DNA of 64,000 bases from an uncultured Chloroflexia bacterium. GTDB taxonomy: Bacteria; Chloroflexota; Limnocylindria; Limnocylindrales; CSP1-4. The DNA lies in the NCBI GenBank assembly GCA_963763775.1, contig CAVXPZ010000004.1:512001-576000 (forward strand), read 5' to 3'. The position numbers and the translations under genes are program-made. The notes under the pieces are model-generated. The model was not told the DNA's origin, did not search any database, and saw only the letters and a list, made by a program, of their open reading frames with translations. Below are positions 62,809-64,000 of this stretch, one piece after another. Each line of letters starts with the position of its first letter. Position 1 is the first letter of the stretch.

Positions 62809-63693
62809 TCAGCCGCTCGGCGGCCAGTTCCCGGGCGGCGGGTCGACGAGGCCTTCGCCCCAGACCTCGGGGCCGCAGAAGAAGCCGTTCGGCGGCGGCG
62901 CGCCGGCCGGCACGGGGCCGAGCGACGACGGGTCCACGCGCCACGCCTCGAGCGTCGCGGCCAACCACGCCTCGATCTCGGCGAACTCGGTCCAGCGGTG
63001 GAACGGCCAGCCGGCCTCGAGGCAGATCCGGACCAGCGAGCGCTTCGCGAACACGATGTCGCTGTAGCCCGCCGCGTAGCGGTCGCTCTCGCCGTCGCCG
63101 ATGAAGACCACCTGCCGCCCCGCCGCCTCGGTGGGCGAGGACGCGGTCGCGCTTGCAGGTCCCGCAGATCTGGCAGCGAGGGTTCGCGTTCGGGAACTCG
63201 ATCGAGGCGCGCCGGCCGGCGAAGGTCGTGCGCGCCGTGACGACCGGCAACTCGGGGACGCCCAGCGCCACGAGCGCCGGCGCGATGAAGAACCCGAAGC
63301 CGTCCGAGACGACCTCGACCGGGACCCCGACCGACTGGGCAAGTCGGACGAACGGCACGAACCCCGCATCATGCGGCTGCGCCGCGGCCGTCGAGAACAG
63401 CTCGGCCGGGTCCGCGTCCACGAGCGACATCTCCAGGGTCATGAGGCGCCTCGAGCCGGACAGCCCGGCGTCGTACGCGGCCACCTCGGCCTCCCAGTCG
63501 ACTCCGGCTTCGAACCGGCTGACGTGGTCGGCCATGACCGTGTCGGAGACGTCGGTCTGGGCGATGGTCCCGTCGTAGTCGACGAGGATCGCGAGCGGCG
63601 GCACGCCGTCGGCGGGCGACCAGGGCCGCACCGCCGGCGCGGCGCCCGTGGCGCTCTGGCGCCCGCGGCGCCACCTTCCATGGCGGCGCTCAT
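62809..63693 (-). CDS. HAD-IB family phosphatase (MtnX-like; frameshifted)
   Basis: VDYDGTI, VVSDGF, CGTCK, FIGDGESD, DIVFAK. Confidence 0.8.
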
Positions 63694-64000
63694 GCGGCCG
63701 CCCGCCTCACGACCCGCCGCCCGGGCGTCCGGCGCGTGAGGGCGACCCCGGCCACGATCACCGCGCCGCCGATCACCTGCGCCGGACGGATCGGCTCGCC
63801 CAGGAAGATGTACGCGAAGATCACGGCCAGCGCCGGGACGAAGGTCTGCAGCGCGATGACGCGCGTCGGCCCGACGAGCCCGATCGCGTGGAAGATGATC
63901 ACGTTCGCCGCGGCGGCCGCGAGCAGGCCTGAGTACAGGACCGCAAAGGCGATCGGCACGACGTCCGCCCCCTGCTCCGAGCCGATGGCGCCTGGCGCCA
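63690..64000 (-). CDS. EamA/DMT transporter (3' part)
   Basis: VGPTR...PALAVIFAYIFLGEPIRPAQVIGGAVIVAGV. Confidence 0.85.
   Translation of the reverse strand, partial: APGAIGSEQGADVVPIAFAVLYSGLLAAAAANVIIFHAIGLVGPTRVIALQTFVPALAVIFAYIFLGEPIRPAQVIGGAVIVAGVALTRRTPGRRVVRRAAA

Overview
This is a very GC-rich bacterial chromosome segment. The LexA boxes (GAAC-N4-GTTC), gene content and ECF/anti-sigma style suggest Chloroflexota, possibly Limnocylindria (inference). Housekeeping genes include rpsT, gap-pgk-eno, leuS, two tRNA-Ala, comEA-comEC-HD-holA, obgE-nadD-rsfS, rho, a transaldolase-family gene and pyrG. The window also carries a split, LexA-controlled imuA-imuB/dnaE2 mutasome, many secreted or membrane accessory genes, several unannotated small ORFs, and an ECF sigma/Kelch anti-sigma operon. 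About 20 small frameshifts, including in gap and pyrG, most likely reflect assembly indel errors. I saw no CRISPR array, transposase, integrase or prophage. The most notable observations are: (i) three small accessory segments each bounded by exact 12-21 bp direct repeats with no mobility gene; (ii) a twin GTAACC-N18-GGTTAC operator beside a CGNR zinc-finger gene, facing an operon of small proteins and a 3-blade lectin; (iii) histone-like Ala/Lys tails on both S20 and RsfS; (iv) a DnaE2 with large insertions; (v) a membrane-anchored lamin-tail/OB-fold protein with no visible nuclease domain; (vi) widespread leaderless gene starts.
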